Assembly (NCBI GenBank): GCA_030524135.1
Contig: JAUNHA010000006.1
Location: forward strand, 2,087-66,086
From: Eubacteriales bacterium
GTDB taxonomy: Bacteria > Bacillota > Clostridia > Lachnospirales > Lachnospiraceae
DNA length: 64,000 nucleotides
Direction: 5' to 3'
Shown here: positions 19,620 through 30,139 of the stretch, piece by piece
How positions within the stretch are numbered: position 1 is the first letter of the stretch
Layout of the letters: every line of letters starts with the position of its first letter
Translations under genes and position numbers: made by a program
Notes under the pieces: generated by a model
Told to the model about the DNA's origin: nothing
Seen by the model: only the letters and a program-made list of their open reading frames with translations
Database searches by the model: none

Positions 19620-21611
19620 TCAGCATACTTCCGAGCCGGAAGGCATATTGCATACCGCATCCGGCGTCATCAGCGCAAGCATCTCTCCGTCCGGTGATTC
19701 AGCTGCAAGAACCATACCCTGCGATTCAATCCCCGCGATCTTTCGCGGCTCAAGATTGCAGACTACCACGACCTTCTTGCCAACCATATCCTCCGGCCTA
19801 TACCATTTTTTGATACCGCTGAGTACGGTGCGGGTCTCATTTCCGATCTTAATGGTTTCCTTTAACAGCTTTTTGGACTTCGGAACCTCTTCGCAGGCGA
19901 TCACCTCTCCGATGCGAAGCTCAAGCTTTGCAAAATCATCATACTCGATAAATGGCTTGTGCTCCATCGGGAGATCATCGCTCTCATCAGAAGCTGCTTC
20001 CTCCTGGGATTCAGGCTTAACAGCCGCCGGCATAAGTGCTTCAACTTTCTTCATCAGCTCCGCCGCATCAATACGTGCAAACAGAATTTCCGGCGTCTCC
20101 GTGACCTTATTGCCATTCGGATAAAGACCGAATGTATCCATATCCCAGAGAGCTCTCTTTTCCGTGCCAAGCTCTGCGAGGATCTTCTCTGCCGTCTTCG
20201 GCATAAAGCTGTACAGAAGCGATGCTCCGATCGTAATGCCCTCTGTCAGATTGTAAAGGACTGTCTTCAGCCTGTCCTGCTTTGCCTCATCCTTTGCGAG
20301 CGCCCAGGGCATCGTCTCATCAATATATTTATTGCAGCGGCGGAAAATATTGAAGGTCTCCGTGATCGCATCCGCTACACGAAGCTCATTCATCTTCTCC
20401 TCTGCTCTTGTCGCACAATTTAAGATCGTATCGATCAGATCATCATCTACCGGCTCTTCCACATCATTATTTTCCACAATTCCACCAAAGTACTTGTTGC
20501 TCATGGAAATCGTACGGGAAACAAGGTTTCCGAGGATATTTGCAAGATCGGAATTATAGCGCTCCGCCATAAGCTCCCAGCTGATGCTTCCGTCGTTTTC
20601 AAACGGCATCTCATGCAGCACAAAATAACGTACCGCATCCACGCCGAAGAAGTCTACCAGCGTGTCTGCATACAGCACATTTCCCTTGGACTTGGACATC
20701 TTGCCGTCAGCCATCAAAAGCCACGGGTGACCGAATACCTGCTTTGGAAGCGGAAGATCCAGGGACATCAGGAAAATCGGCCAGTAGATCGTATGGAACC
20801 GGATGATATCCTTGCCGATCAGATGAAGATCTGCCGGCCAGTACTTTTCAAACAGCTCGCTGCTGCCATCCGGATCATAGCCAAGGCCTGTGATATAGTT
20901 TACAAGCGCGTCAAGCCATACATAGATCACGTGCTTCGGATCAAAATCCACCTGAATGCCCCAGTTAAAGGAAGTTCTGGAGACACACAGATCCTGCAGA
21001 CCCGGAAGCAGGAAATTGTTCATCATCTCATTCTTACGGGATACGGGCTGAATGAATTCCGGATGCTCGTTGATATAGTCAATGAGCTTCGGCGCATATT
21101 TGCTCATCTTAAAGAAGTATGCTTCCTCACTTGCCTTCTGCACGGCTCTGCCGCAGTCCGGACAGCATCCGTCCTTAAGCTGTGTATCGGTCCAGAACGA
21201 CTCGCACGGCGTGCAGTACCAGCCCTCATAAGCACCTTTATAGATATCGCCCTTGTCATACATTTTTTTGAAGATCTTCTGGCAGACCTTCACATGATCC
21301 GCATCCGTCGTGCGCATGAAGCGGTCATAGGAGGTGTCCATCAGATCCCAGATCCGTTTGATCTCTCCTGCTACATCATCTACGAACTGCTGCGGCGTAA
21401 CGCCCTTTTCCTCAGCTTTTATTTCGATCTTCTGTCCATGCTCATCTGTTCCGGTCTGAAAACGTACATCAAAGCCCTGCTCCCGCTTAAAGCGCGCGAT
21501 CGCGTCTGCAAGCACGATCTCGTAGGTATTGCCGATGTGCGGTTTTCCGGAAGTATAGGCGATCGCCGTTGTCATATAATACGGTACGCCCTTGTTTTTA
21601 TTCTCTCCCAT
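19620..21611 (-). CDS. metG: methionine--tRNA ligase
   Basis: HIGN and KMSKS signatures, zinc knuckles and a C-terminal tRNA-binding (EMAP-like) domain. The track starts the ORF at TTG 21629; I prefer ATG 21611, 9 nt after AAGGAG. Confidence 0.95.
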   Translation of the reverse strand: MGENKNKGVPYYMTTAIAYTSGKPHIGNTYEIVLADAIARFKREQGFDVRFQTGTDEHGQKIEIKAEEKGVTPQQFVDDVAGEIKRIWDLMDTSYDRFMRTTDADHVKVCQKIFKKMYDKGDIYKGAYEGWYCTPCESFWTDTQLKDGCCPDCGRAVQKASEEAYFFKMSKYAPKLIDYINEHPEFIQPVSRKNEMMNNFLLPGLQDLCVSRTSFNWGIQVDFDPKHVIYVWLDALVNYITGLGYDPDGSSELFEKYWPADLHLIGKDIIRFHTIYWPIFLMSLDLPLPKQVFGHPWLLMADGKMSKSKGNVLYADTLVDFFGVDAVRYFVLHEMPFENDGSISWELMAERYNSDLANILGNLVSRTISMSNKYFGGIVENNDVEEPVDDDLIDTILNCATRAEEKMNELRVADAITETFNIFRRCNKYIDETMPWALAKDEAKQDRLKTVLYNLTEGITIGASLLYSFMPKTAEKILAELGTEKRALWDMDTFGLYPNGNKVTETPEILFARIDAAELMKKVEALMPAAVKPESQEEAASDESDDLPMEHKPFIEYDDFAKLELRIGEVIACEEVPKSKKLLKETIKIGNETRTVLSGIKKWYRPEDMVGKKVVVVCNLEPRKIAGIESQGMVLAAESPDGEMLALMTPDAVCNMPSGSEVC

Positions 21612-21723
21612 TCCCTCTGTCTCCTTCAATCTCAGTTTTCTTTTCGCCCTGCATTCCTTTTACGGGATTTCTCTTTTGCTTCGAAAAGTCCGTCTCCGGC
21701 TGCAATTATCGAAAAGAAGTATA

Positions 21724-21757
21724 ACATAAAAGACTGCCGCATGCAAACACGGCAGCC
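21724..21757 (-). terminator. rho-independent terminator after the Rpn-like gene
   Basis: On the minus strand, GGCTGCCG-tgtttgcatg-CGGCAGTC followed by TTTTAT. Confidence 0.5.
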
Positions 21758-21806
21758 CTTTCATCCGGTATGTTAACAACAGTTTCGCCAAGAACCGCAG
21801 CTAATA

Positions 21807-22685
21807 TTATATCAGTTTTGCGATTTCAAGAATCTCCTTTTCTGATAAACCTGTCTGTTTTGCAATCTCTCCTGCGCTGAGCCCGTTATGAAGCAGCTTC
21901 AGCACCTTAACGATCTGGTCTTTTCCATCCTGGATTCCCTCTTCCCGAATCATCGCCTCATACGCATCCTTGTCAAATTCAGTCAAGATCATGTCCTTAA
22001 CCTCCTGCCTACGCTTCCTCAGATACTCCCGCAGCACCCCGTCCTCGATGCATTCCTCCATCGCCTCGCTCACCGCTCTCTCGATCCCGCATCCGTCCTT
22101 CTGCTTCTCACGGATCAGTCCGATGAAATGTGCGTATCCTGATAACGCCTCGCACTTTCCCATCAGCTTTGCATTGTGCCCGGCATTGATGTTGATCATG
22201 TATGCCGTCCATTCATATCCCTCCGCGGGACCGCTGAATGCGCTCGATAAACGGTGCACCTCCTGCTCCGGCATTTCCTTCTCTCCGTTGTACAGCACAT
22301 AGTATTTCGGTTCCGGAATCTTTACCTGTGTGCTTCCGTACAGCTTCGGTACAAGCCCCTTCTCCTCGATCCACTGTTCGTACTCCCTCGCAAAGTAGAA
22401 AAAGCCCCTCAGCGGCATGTTCGGATTGTAGCTCGACTGCTGCTCCCACAGATTGATGCAGTCATGGAAACACACCGCGCAGTCATTCTTCATCGTCAGA
22501 TACACCACATCCCGGAGCGTGATGATCTCAAGCTCCTCCTTGTCCGTGTATTCCGTTCCATTCAGCGCGTTGTACAGTGACAGCGCGTTCTCCTTCTCCG
22601 AGAACAGGTCGCAGAACAGGCGGTCCTTATACTGCTTTCTTACGTGCGTCTTTCGTTTCCGGTTCATTCTTGCCTCCTTCATCAT
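21807..22685 (-). CDS. Rpn family recombination-promoting nuclease / putative transposase (PD-(D/E)XK)
   Basis: 292 aa. The pattern KDRLFCDLFS...LSLYNALNGT...MKND...EQQSSYNPNMPLR...YVLYNG matches the clostridial Rpn/YhgA-like family as I remember it. Confidence 0.65.
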   Translation of the reverse strand: MMKEARMNRKRKTHVRKQYKDRLFCDLFSEKENALSLYNALNGTEYTDKEELEIITLRDVVYLTMKNDCAVCFHDCINLWEQQSSYNPNMPLRGFFYFAREYEQWIEEKGLVPKLYGSTQVKIPEPKYYVLYNGEKEMPEQEVHRLSSAFSGPAEGYEWTAYMININAGHNAKLMGKCEALSGYAHFIGLIREKQKDGCGIERAVSEAMEECIEDGVLREYLRKRRQEVKDMILTEFDKDAYEAMIREEGIQDGKDQIVKVLKLLHNGLSAGEIAKQTGLSEKEILEIAKLI

Positions 22686-22904
22686 AGCATCTTTTTGTAC
22701 TGCTGAGAAGTATCAGGAGGAAAAGAATGCGTCAAAATCAGCTTCAGAATTCAAAGAATCGGAGCATGCAGAAGCTTTCAGATCTTCCCGTTCCTTCCCA
22801 CAGTATGTTTGTTGTTCCTCTGAAATATGCGGGCGATCTGCCCTGAGATATTAGATAATTAGATTTCAGATGAGCTAAGTATAATGGGCGCAACCCGGTC
22901 TGTC

Positions 22905-22940
22905 AACAAAAAAATAGGGCTGCCTGTTTCCAGACAACCC
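22905..22940 (-). terminator. rho-independent terminator of hsp20
   Basis: On the minus strand, a 10-bp stem GGGTTGTCTG-GAAA-CAGGCAGCCC followed by TATTTTTTT. Confidence 0.75.
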
Positions 22941-22956
22941 CACCTTTATTCCGGCA

Positions 22957-23421
22957 TCAGCCTTCAATTGCAACGTACTTCTTCTCCGGAACTTCCGGCT
23001 TTGCTTCTTTCTTCGGAACGAACAATTTCAGCATGCCATGCTGGAACTGACCCTTTACATCCTCCTGCGTGATGTTTTCACCTACATAGAAGCTTCTCTC
23101 GCAGGCACCCGCATAACGCTCACGGCGAATGTATCTGCCATTCTTTTCTTCCTTTTCGTCCTTATCAAGACCCTTGGAAGCACTGATCGTCAGATAACCG
23201 TTCTCAACGGATACCTGGATCTCATCCTTGGTAAAGCCCGGAAGATCAGTCATGAGCTCGTAGCCCTCTGCAGTCTCCTTAATATCCGTCTTCATCAGAT
23301 CCTTGCTGTGATGGCCGTAGAGCTTCTTCTCGATATTCTTCTGTGCTCTGTCATCATAAAACGGAAATGACTGAAACAAATCATCAAACATATTCTCTCC
23401 AAAAACCATAGGCATTAACAT
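22957..23421 (-). CDS. Hsp20/alpha-crystallin family small heat-shock protein
   Basis: 154 aa. The alpha-crystallin domain includes DIKETAEGYELMTDLPGFTKDEI and GMLKLFVPK. Confidence 0.9.
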   Translation of the reverse strand: MLMPMVFGENMFDDLFQSFPFYDDRAQKNIEKKLYGHHSKDLMKTDIKETAEGYELMTDLPGFTKDEIQVSVENGYLTISASKGLDKDEKEEKNGRYIRRERYAGACERSFYVGENITQEDVKGQFQHGMLKLFVPKKEAKPEVPEKKYVAIEG

Positions 23422-23507
23422 AATCTATCTCTCCTTTTCGGGAGCTTTTTCAAATTCATATCCCAGTCATATTTAGGATATTCAGCTCTCTTTCTTGTTA
23501 CGCCTAC

Positions 23508-23536
23508 GTTATAGCACTCACTGTTAGCACTGTCAA
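23508..23536 (-). promoter_or_regulatory. sigma-A promoter of hsp20
   Basis: On the minus strand, TTGACA (23536-23531), 17-bp spacer, TATAAC (23513-23508). The -35 element lies inside the CIRCE spacer. Confidence 0.6.
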
Positions 23537-23550
23537 TAGTTGAGTGCTAA
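23524..23550. promoter_or_regulatory. CIRCE (HrcA operator)
   Basis: TTAGCACTg-N9-GAGTGCTAA compared with the consensus TTAGCACTC-N9-GAGTGCTAA, one mismatch. An extra half-site, ATAGCACTCA, sits at 23511-23520. Confidence 0.8.
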
Positions 23551-23580
23551 CTTTTCTGTAAACAAATTATTAAATAAAAA

Positions 23581-23841
23581 TTATCTTGGTAATAAGCTCA
23601 ATATCTGCCGCGCCCTATTCTCATCCTTTTTACGAACCGAGATACTGTAGCTGGTCTTTACAGATCCATCTCTGGATAAGGCAATATTCGTTCCTCTGCT
23701 ATTAAACGCTAATCTAAGCTGATTATTCGTACTCGTATCCTTAAATGCAATATGATTAGAAGCCAGCAGATCTTTTGCTCTGAAAAAGCGCTCCATATTC
23801 AAAGTCGTATAGACCTCTACTTCTTTATTGAAACCCCACAT
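23581..23841 (-). CDS. hypothetical small protein
   Basis: The track ORF 23581..23970 overlaps a tRNA and its terminator. I trimmed it to ATG 23841 (RBS GGGGAG), giving 86 aa: MWGFNKEVEVYTTLNMERFF... Confidence 0.45.
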   Translation of the reverse strand: MWGFNKEVEVYTTLNMERFFRAKDLLASNHIAFKDTSTNNQLRLAFNSRGTNIALSRDGSVKTSYSISVRKKDENRARQILSLLPR

Positions 23842-23878
23842 TTTAACTCCCCTCTTCTCCGAACAATCGTTTTTACAC

Positions 23879-23907
23879 AAAAAAACACCGGCCAATTTTG
23901 ACCGGTG
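23879..23907 (-). terminator. rho-independent terminator after tRNA-Gln
   Basis: On the minus strand, CACCGG-loop-CCGGTG followed by T7. Confidence 0.6.
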
Positions 23908-23912
23908 AGTAG

Positions 23913-23984
23913 CAGCGCCACAAGGATTCGAACCTTGAAATGACGGAGTCAGAGTCCGTTGCCTTACCATTTGGCGATGGCGCT
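23913..23984 (-). tRNA. tRNA-Gln (anticodon CUG)
   Basis: Hand-folded cloverleaf. Acceptor AGCGCCA/TGGCGCT, D arm GCCAAATGGTAAGGC, anticodon arm ACGGA-CTCTGAC-TCCGT, T arm CAAGG-TTCGAAT-CCTTG. CCA is not encoded. Confidence 0.9.
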
Positions 23985-24014
23985 ATATCAGTGCTTCATC
24001 TGAGCGACTTCCAT

Positions 24015-24043
24015 ATTTTAGTATAAACAGGCGCGGTTGTCAA
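24015..24043 (-). promoter_or_regulatory. sigma-A promoter of tRNA-Gln
   Basis: On the minus strand, TTGACA (24043-24038), 17-bp spacer, TAAAAT (24020-24015). Confidence 0.55.
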
Positions 24044-24093
24044 GCCTTTTTTAATAAGAAACCGCGCCCTTTTTTTCGCCTTTTTTTCTTTTC

Positions 24094-25662
24094 TTACGCT
24101 TTTCTTTTCAAAGCCGCTTCCAGTGCTTCAACTGTCTTCCTGAGCACTTTAACGCGCGCATAATATTTGTCGTTTCCCTCCACAATGATCCACGGCGCAT
24201 AGGTCGTGGAGGTACGCATCAGCATTTCGTCCACCGCCGTCTTATAGGCATCCCACTTTTCACGGTTGCGCCAGTCTTCGTCTGTGATCTTCCAGCGTTT
24301 GTCCGGATCCTCCATACGCGCACGGAAGCGCTTTTCCTGCTCGTCCTTTGAGATCTGCATCCAGAATTTAAGAATCACCGTCCCGTGGCTGCAGAGCTGC
24401 TTTTCCATTTCGTTGATCTCCTGATATGCTCTCTGCCACTCTTCATCTGTCGCGAAATGCTCCACGCGCTCGACCATTACCCTGCCGTACCAGGTCCGGT
24501 CAAAAACCGCAATGTGACCGTCCTTCGGCATATTCCGCCAGAAACGCCACAGATAATGGTGCACCTTCTCGAAATCATTGGGAGACGCAGTCGGATTTAC
24601 ACGGTAGCCGCGCGGATCCATATGGCTGGTGAGGCGTTTGATTGCGCCGCCCTTTCCGGCAGCATCCCATCCCTCAAAGGCGATCACAACAGGGATGTGC
24701 TTGCGGTACAGCGCGCTGTGCAGTACTTCAATGCGTTTTTGCAGTGCATCGAGTTCCCGTTTATACTCCGTCCGGTCAAGCGAAAGTGTCAGATCCGCCT
24801 TGTCAAGGCTTGAAGCCCGCAGCATGTCGAAAGAAAGCATCTCCTCTTCCGGTTTCCCGGTCTGTTTTTTCTTTCCCCGCTTCGATTTTGCCGTACCTGT
24901 CGCGACCTCTGCAGTAGCAGCGGCTGTGGTTTCCGCCCTTACGCGCTCCTCTTTCTCAAGCAGCGCCTGTCTGAGCGCACTGATCACCGCGGTGTAGATC
25001 TTCACCGTCGCAAATTCCCGGTCCATACTCTCGATCACCATCCACGACGCGCAGTCGGTATCGGTCGCCTCAAGCATTTCGTCATTCATCCGCTTGTATT
25101 CGCCAAAATGCCTGTTGCGCTTCAGATCGTCCTTCGTTACGCGCCATGCCGTTTCCGGGTGATTCATAAGCTTTTCAAAGCGGCGTTTCTGTTCTTTTTT
25201 ATCTATGCACAAAAAGAGTTTTATGAGTACTGTGCCGTCCGCGGTGAGCTGGCGCTCAAAGGAATTGATCTCCTGCAAGTGCTCAGCCACTTCGTTTTCC
25301 GGCGTTGTTTTATCAAAACGGTCGAGCAGCACCTTCCGGTACCAGCCTCTGTCAAAGACAGCGATCTGACCTTTTGCCGGGATTTTCGTCCAGAAGCGCC
25401 ACAGGAACGGATGCATTCTTTCTTCTTCGCTTTCTGAAGCGGTCGAATTTACATAGAACCCTCTCGGATCAAGCGCCTCTATCAGCTGTGCGATCTGATA
25501 GCCCTTGCCTGCCGCTCCGAATCCTTCAAATACGATCATGACGGGAATACCCGCCTCCTTCAGCTGTCTCTGCAGTCTGCCAAGCTCCGGCTGAAGCACT
25601 TCCATCCGGCGCTTTTTTTCTTCCTTTGACATCTTCTTACTGAGATCGATCTGTTCCAGCAT
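24094..25662 (-). CDS. two-domain polyphosphate kinase 2 family enzyme (polyphosphate:AMP/nucleotide phosphotransferase type)
   Basis: 522 aa. It carries two PPK2 repeats, each with a Walker-A-like GxDAAGKG motif (FEGFGAAGKG and FEGWDAAGKGG) and FDRxWY. Confidence 0.85.
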   Translation of the reverse strand: MLEQIDLSKKMSKEEKKRRMEVLQPELGRLQRQLKEAGIPVMIVFEGFGAAGKGYQIAQLIEALDPRGFYVNSTASESEEERMHPFLWRFWTKIPAKGQIAVFDRGWYRKVLLDRFDKTTPENEVAEHLQEINSFERQLTADGTVLIKLFLCIDKKEQKRRFEKLMNHPETAWRVTKDDLKRNRHFGEYKRMNDEMLEATDTDCASWMVIESMDREFATVKIYTAVISALRQALLEKEERVRAETTAAATAEVATGTAKSKRGKKKQTGKPEEEMLSFDMLRASSLDKADLTLSLDRTEYKRELDALQKRIEVLHSALYRKHIPVVIAFEGWDAAGKGGAIKRLTSHMDPRGYRVNPTASPNDFEKVHHYLWRFWRNMPKDGHIAVFDRTWYGRVMVERVEHFATDEEWQRAYQEINEMEKQLCSHGTVILKFWMQISKDEQEKRFRARMEDPDKRWKITDEDWRNREKWDAYKTAVDEMLMRTSTTYAPWIIVEGNDKYYARVKVLRKTVEALEAALKRKA

Positions 25663-25742
25663 ATCTGCCTCCCTGTTATATCCTTACGCCCCGCTGTTGC
25701 ACAGCGTTCTGTCATTTTCCTATTTCATTGCTTTTGCCACCC

Positions 25743-26186
25743 TTATTCCCTCGATACAATCTTCACATTGTGTACTGCCCCGAGGCTTTCGATCTCTGCC
25801 AGCATTCTGGAAAAATCACCCGTGCTTTCCCGCACCTCCGTGCTGATCGTAAGCATCGCCACGCCATTTACCGGAATGGACTGGTGAATGGTCAGGATAT
25901 TCGCCTTATATTTTGCGATCACCGAAAGCACCTCTGCCAGATGCCCCGGCGAATCCTCCATTCTGATAGAGAATGTGATCGTCCGCCCAAGCGCCGTATC
26001 ATGAAAGAGATGAATATCATCCTTATATTTATAGAAGGAACTGCGGCTGATGCCGACGCGCTCGGAAGCCTCCTGCACGGACATGCTTTCATCGCACTCC
26101 AAAAGCCGCTTGGCATCCGCAACCTTCCGGAGCACCTCCGGAAGCGCCTTGCCCTTTACCACATAATATTCTGCCTGTTCTCCCAT
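25743..26186 (-). CDS. UPF0735 ACT-domain protein (PheB-like)
   Basis: 147 aa. Colinear with my recollection of B. subtilis PheB (SRSSFYKYKD..., ACT domain, ILTIHQSIP). Confidence 0.75.
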   Translation of the reverse strand: MGEQAEYYVVKGKALPEVLRKVADAKRLLECDESMSVQEASERVGISRSSFYKYKDDIHLFHDTALGRTITFSIRMEDSPGHLAEVLSVIAKYKANILTIHQSIPVNGVAMLTISTEVRESTGDFSRMLAEIESLGAVHNVKIVSRE

Positions 26187-26301
26187 ACAAACCTCATTTC
26201 CCTGCCTTTATAAAAACAGCCCCGGATACCGCAGACCTGCCTGCCCCATGACTGCCCTTCTCTCATGGAGCGGATGGACCGCGGCAACCGGAGCCGCCGT
26301 A

Positions 26302-27438
26302 TTATTCGCTGTCCTGCACGCGTCTGTCAGGCTTGCCGAGCTGCACCCACTTCAGATACGCACTGATGAAATTATCGATATCACCGTCAAGCACTGCCTG
26401 CGCATTTCCGGTTTCCTCACCCGTACGCACATCCTTGACCATCGTATAAGGCTGAAGCACGTAGCTTCGGATCTGGCTTCCCCATGCGATATCCTTGACA
26501 TCTCCGCGGATATCGGAAAGCTTCTCCGCATGCGCCTGCTGCTGGATCATATACAGCTTTGAACGCAGCATCTGCATCGCCTTGTCCTTATTCATGAACT
26601 GGCTTCGCTCTTCCTGGCAGGCACAGACGATACCGGTCGGAAGGTGCGTGATGCGGACCGCCGAAGAGGTCTTGTTGATATGCTGTCCGCCTGCGCCCGA
26701 GGAACGATAGGTATCGATCTTCAGATCTGACGGATCGATGTCGATCTCGATATTGTCATCGAGTTCCGGCATAACGTCGCAGGAGACAAACGAAGTCTGG
26801 CGCTTGTTCTGCGCGTTGAACGGAGAAATCCGGACAAAGCGGTGTACGCCTGCCTCAGACTTTAAAAGGCCGTAGGCATTTTCCCCTTCCACGGAAAAAG
26901 TAACGCTCTTGATGCCCGCTTCTTCTCCGTCCTGATAGTCGAGAACCTTGACCTTAAAGCCTTCCTTCTCGCACCATCTCGTATACATGCGGTACAGGAT
27001 ACCGCAGAAATCGCACGCCTCCGTGCCGCCCGCACCTGCGGACAGCGAAACGGTTGCGTTTGTATTGTCATATTCTCCGGAAAGCAGAAGCGAAATGCGC
27101 GTGCGCTCAAGATCCGTACTGAACTTCTTCATCATTTCCTTTACCTCGGAAACAATGCTCTTGTCATCCTCTTCCTCGCCCATCTCAATGAGCGTGGCAA
27201 TGTCCTCGTACTGACCCTCAAGCGAATGGAATGAATCCACCTGTCCTTTCGTCGCCTTGAGCTCCTTTACGACCTTCGTCGATTCCTCGGCGTTGTCCCA
27301 GAAGCCCGGCTCCTCCATCTGCTTTTCCATCTCCATGATGCGCTGCTGCTTGCCTTCCAGATCAAGCGAGCCCCGCACCTCTTCGAGCGGCTTTTCCAGA
27401 TTTTTTAATTCGTATTTATACTGTTCAAGTTCTACCAT
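26302..27438 (-). CDS. prfB: peptide chain release factor 2
   Basis: 378 aa with SPF and GGQ (SGAGGQHINKTSSAVR) motifs. It is a single uninterrupted ORF with no programmed +1 frameshift site. Confidence 0.95.
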   Translation of the reverse strand: MVELEQYKYELKNLEKPLEEVRGSLDLEGKQQRIMEMEKQMEEPGFWDNAEESTKVVKELKATKGQVDSFHSLEGQYEDIATLIEMGEEEDDKSIVSEVKEMMKKFSTDLERTRISLLLSGEYDNTNATVSLSAGAGGTEACDFCGILYRMYTRWCEKEGFKVKVLDYQDGEEAGIKSVTFSVEGENAYGLLKSEAGVHRFVRISPFNAQNKRQTSFVSCDVMPELDDNIEIDIDPSDLKIDTYRSSGAGGQHINKTSSAVRITHLPTGIVCACQEERSQFMNKDKAMQMLRSKLYMIQQQAHAEKLSDIRGDVKDIAWGSQIRSYVLQPYTMVKDVRTGEETGNAQAVLDGDIDNFISAYLKWVQLGKPDRRVQDSE

Positions 27439-27520
27439 GATTTCTTATTCCTTCCTTTCCAAAACCGGCAGCAAGGACTGCCGTTACTCCGCCATTCTTC
27501 AAAACCGGTCAGAAAGGAGG

Positions 27521-30139
27521 TCACCGCTCAGCCGGAACGGAAAAATCGATCGGCTCGCCCGGCTTTGCATTTCTGCCGTGGCACTGCTTGAATTTTTTGC
27601 CGCTGCCGCACGGACACGGATCGTTCGGATAGATCTTCTGCACCTGACGCGTCTTCGGCTCTGCCTTCGCGCTGTCGTCGCGGTTCGTTCCCGTCACTTT
27701 TGCCGCAGGCTCACGCTCGATCTTCTGCTCTACCTGAATGTGATAGAGAATGCGCACGGTCTCCTCGCGGATCGCCGCGCTCATATCGTCAAACATCTCG
27801 TAGCCCGATACCTTGTATTCCACAAGCGGATCACGCTGACCATATGCCATCAGGCCGATGCCTTCGCGAAGCTGCGTCATGTCGTCGATGTGGTTCATCC
27901 ACTTATTGTCGATCACCTTCAGAAGCACAACACGCTCAAGCTCACGCATCTGCTCCGCATCCGGGAATGCAGCCTCTTTCTCTTCATAGAGCTTGATCGC
28001 ATTTTCCTTGAGGAGCTGCTTGAGCTCATCACGGTGCATCTTTTCATACTGCTCTTCCGTCAGCTGAAGCGCCTTAAGCGGGATGATCGGAAGCACGAGA
28101 TTGTTAAGCGCCTGGATATCCCAGTCCTTCGGAGTCGTATCCTCCGCGATCGACATATCGACTGCATTGTCGATGATATCCTGAATGTATTTGATGATGA
28201 CTTCGCGCATGTTTACGCCGTCAAGCACTTTTCTGCGCTCAGCATAAACAATATCACGCTGCTCGTTGTTGACTTCGTCATATTTGAGAAGCTGCTCACG
28301 GATGCCGAAGTTGTTGCCCTCGATCTTCTTCTGTGCGTTTTCGATGGCCTTGGAAAGCATCTTATGATGGATCTCCTCACCCTCCTCAACGCCGAGACGG
28401 TCAAACATCGTCATCAGATTATCCGCGCCGAAGAGACGGAGCAAATCATCCTCAAGTGACAGATAGAAGCGGGATTCACCCGGATCTCCCTGACGTCCGG
28501 AACGGCCGCGCAGCTGGTTATCGATACGGCGTGACTCGTGACGCTCCGTACCGATGATCTTCAGTCCGCCAAGCGCCTTTGACTCGTCGTCAAGCTTGAT
28601 ATCCGTACCACGGCCTGCCATGTTCGTCGCGATGGTAACCGCTTTGTGACGGCCTGCCTGTGCAACGATCTCCGCCTCAAGCTCATGGAATTTTGCATTC
28701 AGGACCTTGTGCGGGATACCGCGGCGGTGCAGCATGCCGGAGAGAAGCTCCGACACCTCGATCGTAATCGTACCGACAAGCACCGGCTGTCCCTTTGCAT
28801 AAGCTTCCTCAACCGCATCGCAGACTGCTCTGTATTTTTCCTTTTTGGTCTTGTATACCGCATCCTCGTGGTCGATACGCGCGATCGGCTTGTTCGTCGG
28901 GATGACGATAACGTCCATGCCGTAAATGTTTCTGAACTCCTTCTCCTCGGTCTGCGCCGTACCGGTCATACCGGATTTCTTTGCAAATTTGTTGAAGAAA
29001 TTCTGGAAGGTAATGGTCGCAAGGGTCTTTGACTCGCGCTTTACCTTTACATGCTCCTTTGCCTCGATCGCCTGATGCAGACCGTCTGAATAACGGCGTC
29101 CCGGCATGATACGGCCGGTAAACTCATCGACGATCAGGATCTCGTCATCCTTTACCACATAGTCCTTATCGCGGTGCATGAGATTGTTTGCACGCAGCGC
29201 AAGGATAATGTTGTGCTGAACCTCCAGGTTCTGCGGATCCGCAAGGTTCTCCAGATGGAAGAACTTCTCGACCTTTTCCACGCCCTGCTCGGTGAGGTTT
29301 ACGGTCTTGTCCTTTTCATCTACGATAAAGTCTCCGCTCTCTTCGATCTCCTCGCCCATGATGGCGCTGATCTTCGAGAACTCTGCAGATGCCTCGCCGC
29401 GCTCAAGCTGCTTTGCGAGAATATCGCAGGCCTCATAGAGCTTCGTGCTCTTTCCGGACTGTCCGGAAATGATGAGCGGCGTACGCGCCTCGTCGATCAG
29501 GACGGAATCGACCTCGTCAATGATGGCATATTCCAGATCACGCAGCACGAGCTGTTCTTTATAGATCGCCATGTTGTCACGGAGATAATCGAAGCCGAGC
29601 TCGTTATTTGTTACATAAGTGATATCGCAGCGATATGCTTCCTGACGCTCCTGAGAGGTCATGCTGTTGAGTACCACGCCGACCTTCAGTCCCAGGAATT
29701 CATGGACCTGTCCCATCCACTCCGCGTCACGCTTTGCCAGATAGTCATTGACCGTAACGATATGTACGCCTTTTCCCGTCAATGCGTTCAGATAAGCCGG
29801 GCAGGTAGACACGAGGGTCTTTCCTTCACCGGTACGCATCTCTGCGATACGTCCCTGATGAAGCACCACGCCGCCGATCAGCTGCACGCGGAAATGTTCC
29901 ATGCCGAGCACTCTTCTCGCCGCTTCTCTTACCGTTGCAAATGCCTCCGGCAGAATATCGTCAAGCGTCTTTCCCGACGCAAGCTCGTCCTTTAATTTCT
30001 GCGTCTGTGCTTTCAGTTCTTCATCGGACATCGCCACCATGCGGTCACGCATCCCCTCGATCCGGTCAACGATCGGGTAAATGCGCTTTAATTCACGCTC
30101 GCTGTGCGTTCCAAATACCTTTTCTACAATACTTGCCAT
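27521..30139 (-). CDS. secA: preprotein translocase ATPase SecA
   Basis: 872 aa. Walker [14 protein letters not shown] box and C-terminal zinc motif [14 protein letters not shown]. Confidence 0.97.
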   Translation of the reverse strand: MASIVEKVFGTHSERELKRIYPIVDRIEGMRDRMVAMSDEELKAQTQKLKDELASGKTLDDILPEAFATVREAARRVLGMEHFRVQLIGGVVLHQGRIAEMRTGEGKTLVSTCPAYLNALTGKGVHIVTVNDYLAKRDAEWMGQVHEFLGLKVGVVLNSMTSQERQEAYRCDITYVTNNELGFDYLRDNMAIYKEQLVLRDLEYAIIDEVDSVLIDEARTPLIISGQSGKSTKLYEACDILAKQLERGEASAEFSKISAIMGEEIEESGDFIVDEKDKTVNLTEQGVEKVEKFFHLENLADPQNLEVQHNIILALRANNLMHRDKDYVVKDDEILIVDEFTGRIMPGRRYSDGLHQAIEAKEHVKVKRESKTLATITFQNFFNKFAKKSGMTGTAQTEEKEFRNIYGMDVIVIPTNKPIARIDHEDAVYKTKKEKYRAVCDAVEEAYAKGQPVLVGTITIEVSELLSGMLHRRGIPHKVLNAKFHELEAEIVAQAGRHKAVTIATNMAGRGTDIKLDDESKALGGLKIIGTERHESRRIDNQLRGRSGRQGDPGESRFYLSLEDDLLRLFGADNLMTMFDRLGVEEGEEIHHKMLSKAIENAQKKIEGNNFGIREQLLKYDEVNNEQRDIVYAERRKVLDGVNMREVIIKYIQDIIDNAVDMSIAEDTTPKDWDIQALNNLVLPIIPLKALQLTEEQYEKMHRDELKQLLKENAIKLYEEKEAAFPDAEQMRELERVVLLKVIDNKWMNHIDDMTQLREGIGLMAYGQRDPLVEYKVSGYEMFDDMSAAIREETVRILYHIQVEQKIEREPAAKVTGTNRDDSAKAEPKTRQVQKIYPNDPCPCGSGKKFKQCHGRNAKPGEPIDFSVPAER

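Noticed and set aside
20613-21776. A 387-aa + strand ORF.
   Set aside because: It lies entirely antisense to metG. Its product is rich in Ile, Leu, Arg and His with no motifs, so it is a shadow ORF.
21612-21806. A T-box or other riboswitch upstream of metG. The region upstream of the ABC operon (33674-33804) was checked in the same way.
   Set aside because: No T-box sequence (AAxxGGGTGGTACCGCG-like), specifier-loop context or riboswitch core was recognisable. The regions are short and contain only a terminator and promoter-like elements.
23842-23970. The N-terminal 43 codons of track ORF 23581..23970.
   Set aside because: This part overlaps tRNA-Gln and its terminator. An internal ATG with a good RBS (23841) gives a more sensible gene.
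27340-27438. The programmed +1 frameshift site expected in prfB.
   Set aside because: The gene is a single continuous ORF (...EVRGSLDLEGK...) with no in-frame UGA. The frameshift is simply absent, as it is in a minority of bacteria. This is not an anomaly worth pursuing.
27257-29995. Long + strand ORFs at 27257..28459 and 29174..29995.
   Set aside because: They are antisense to prfB and secA, and are typical shadow ORFs of highly expressed genes.
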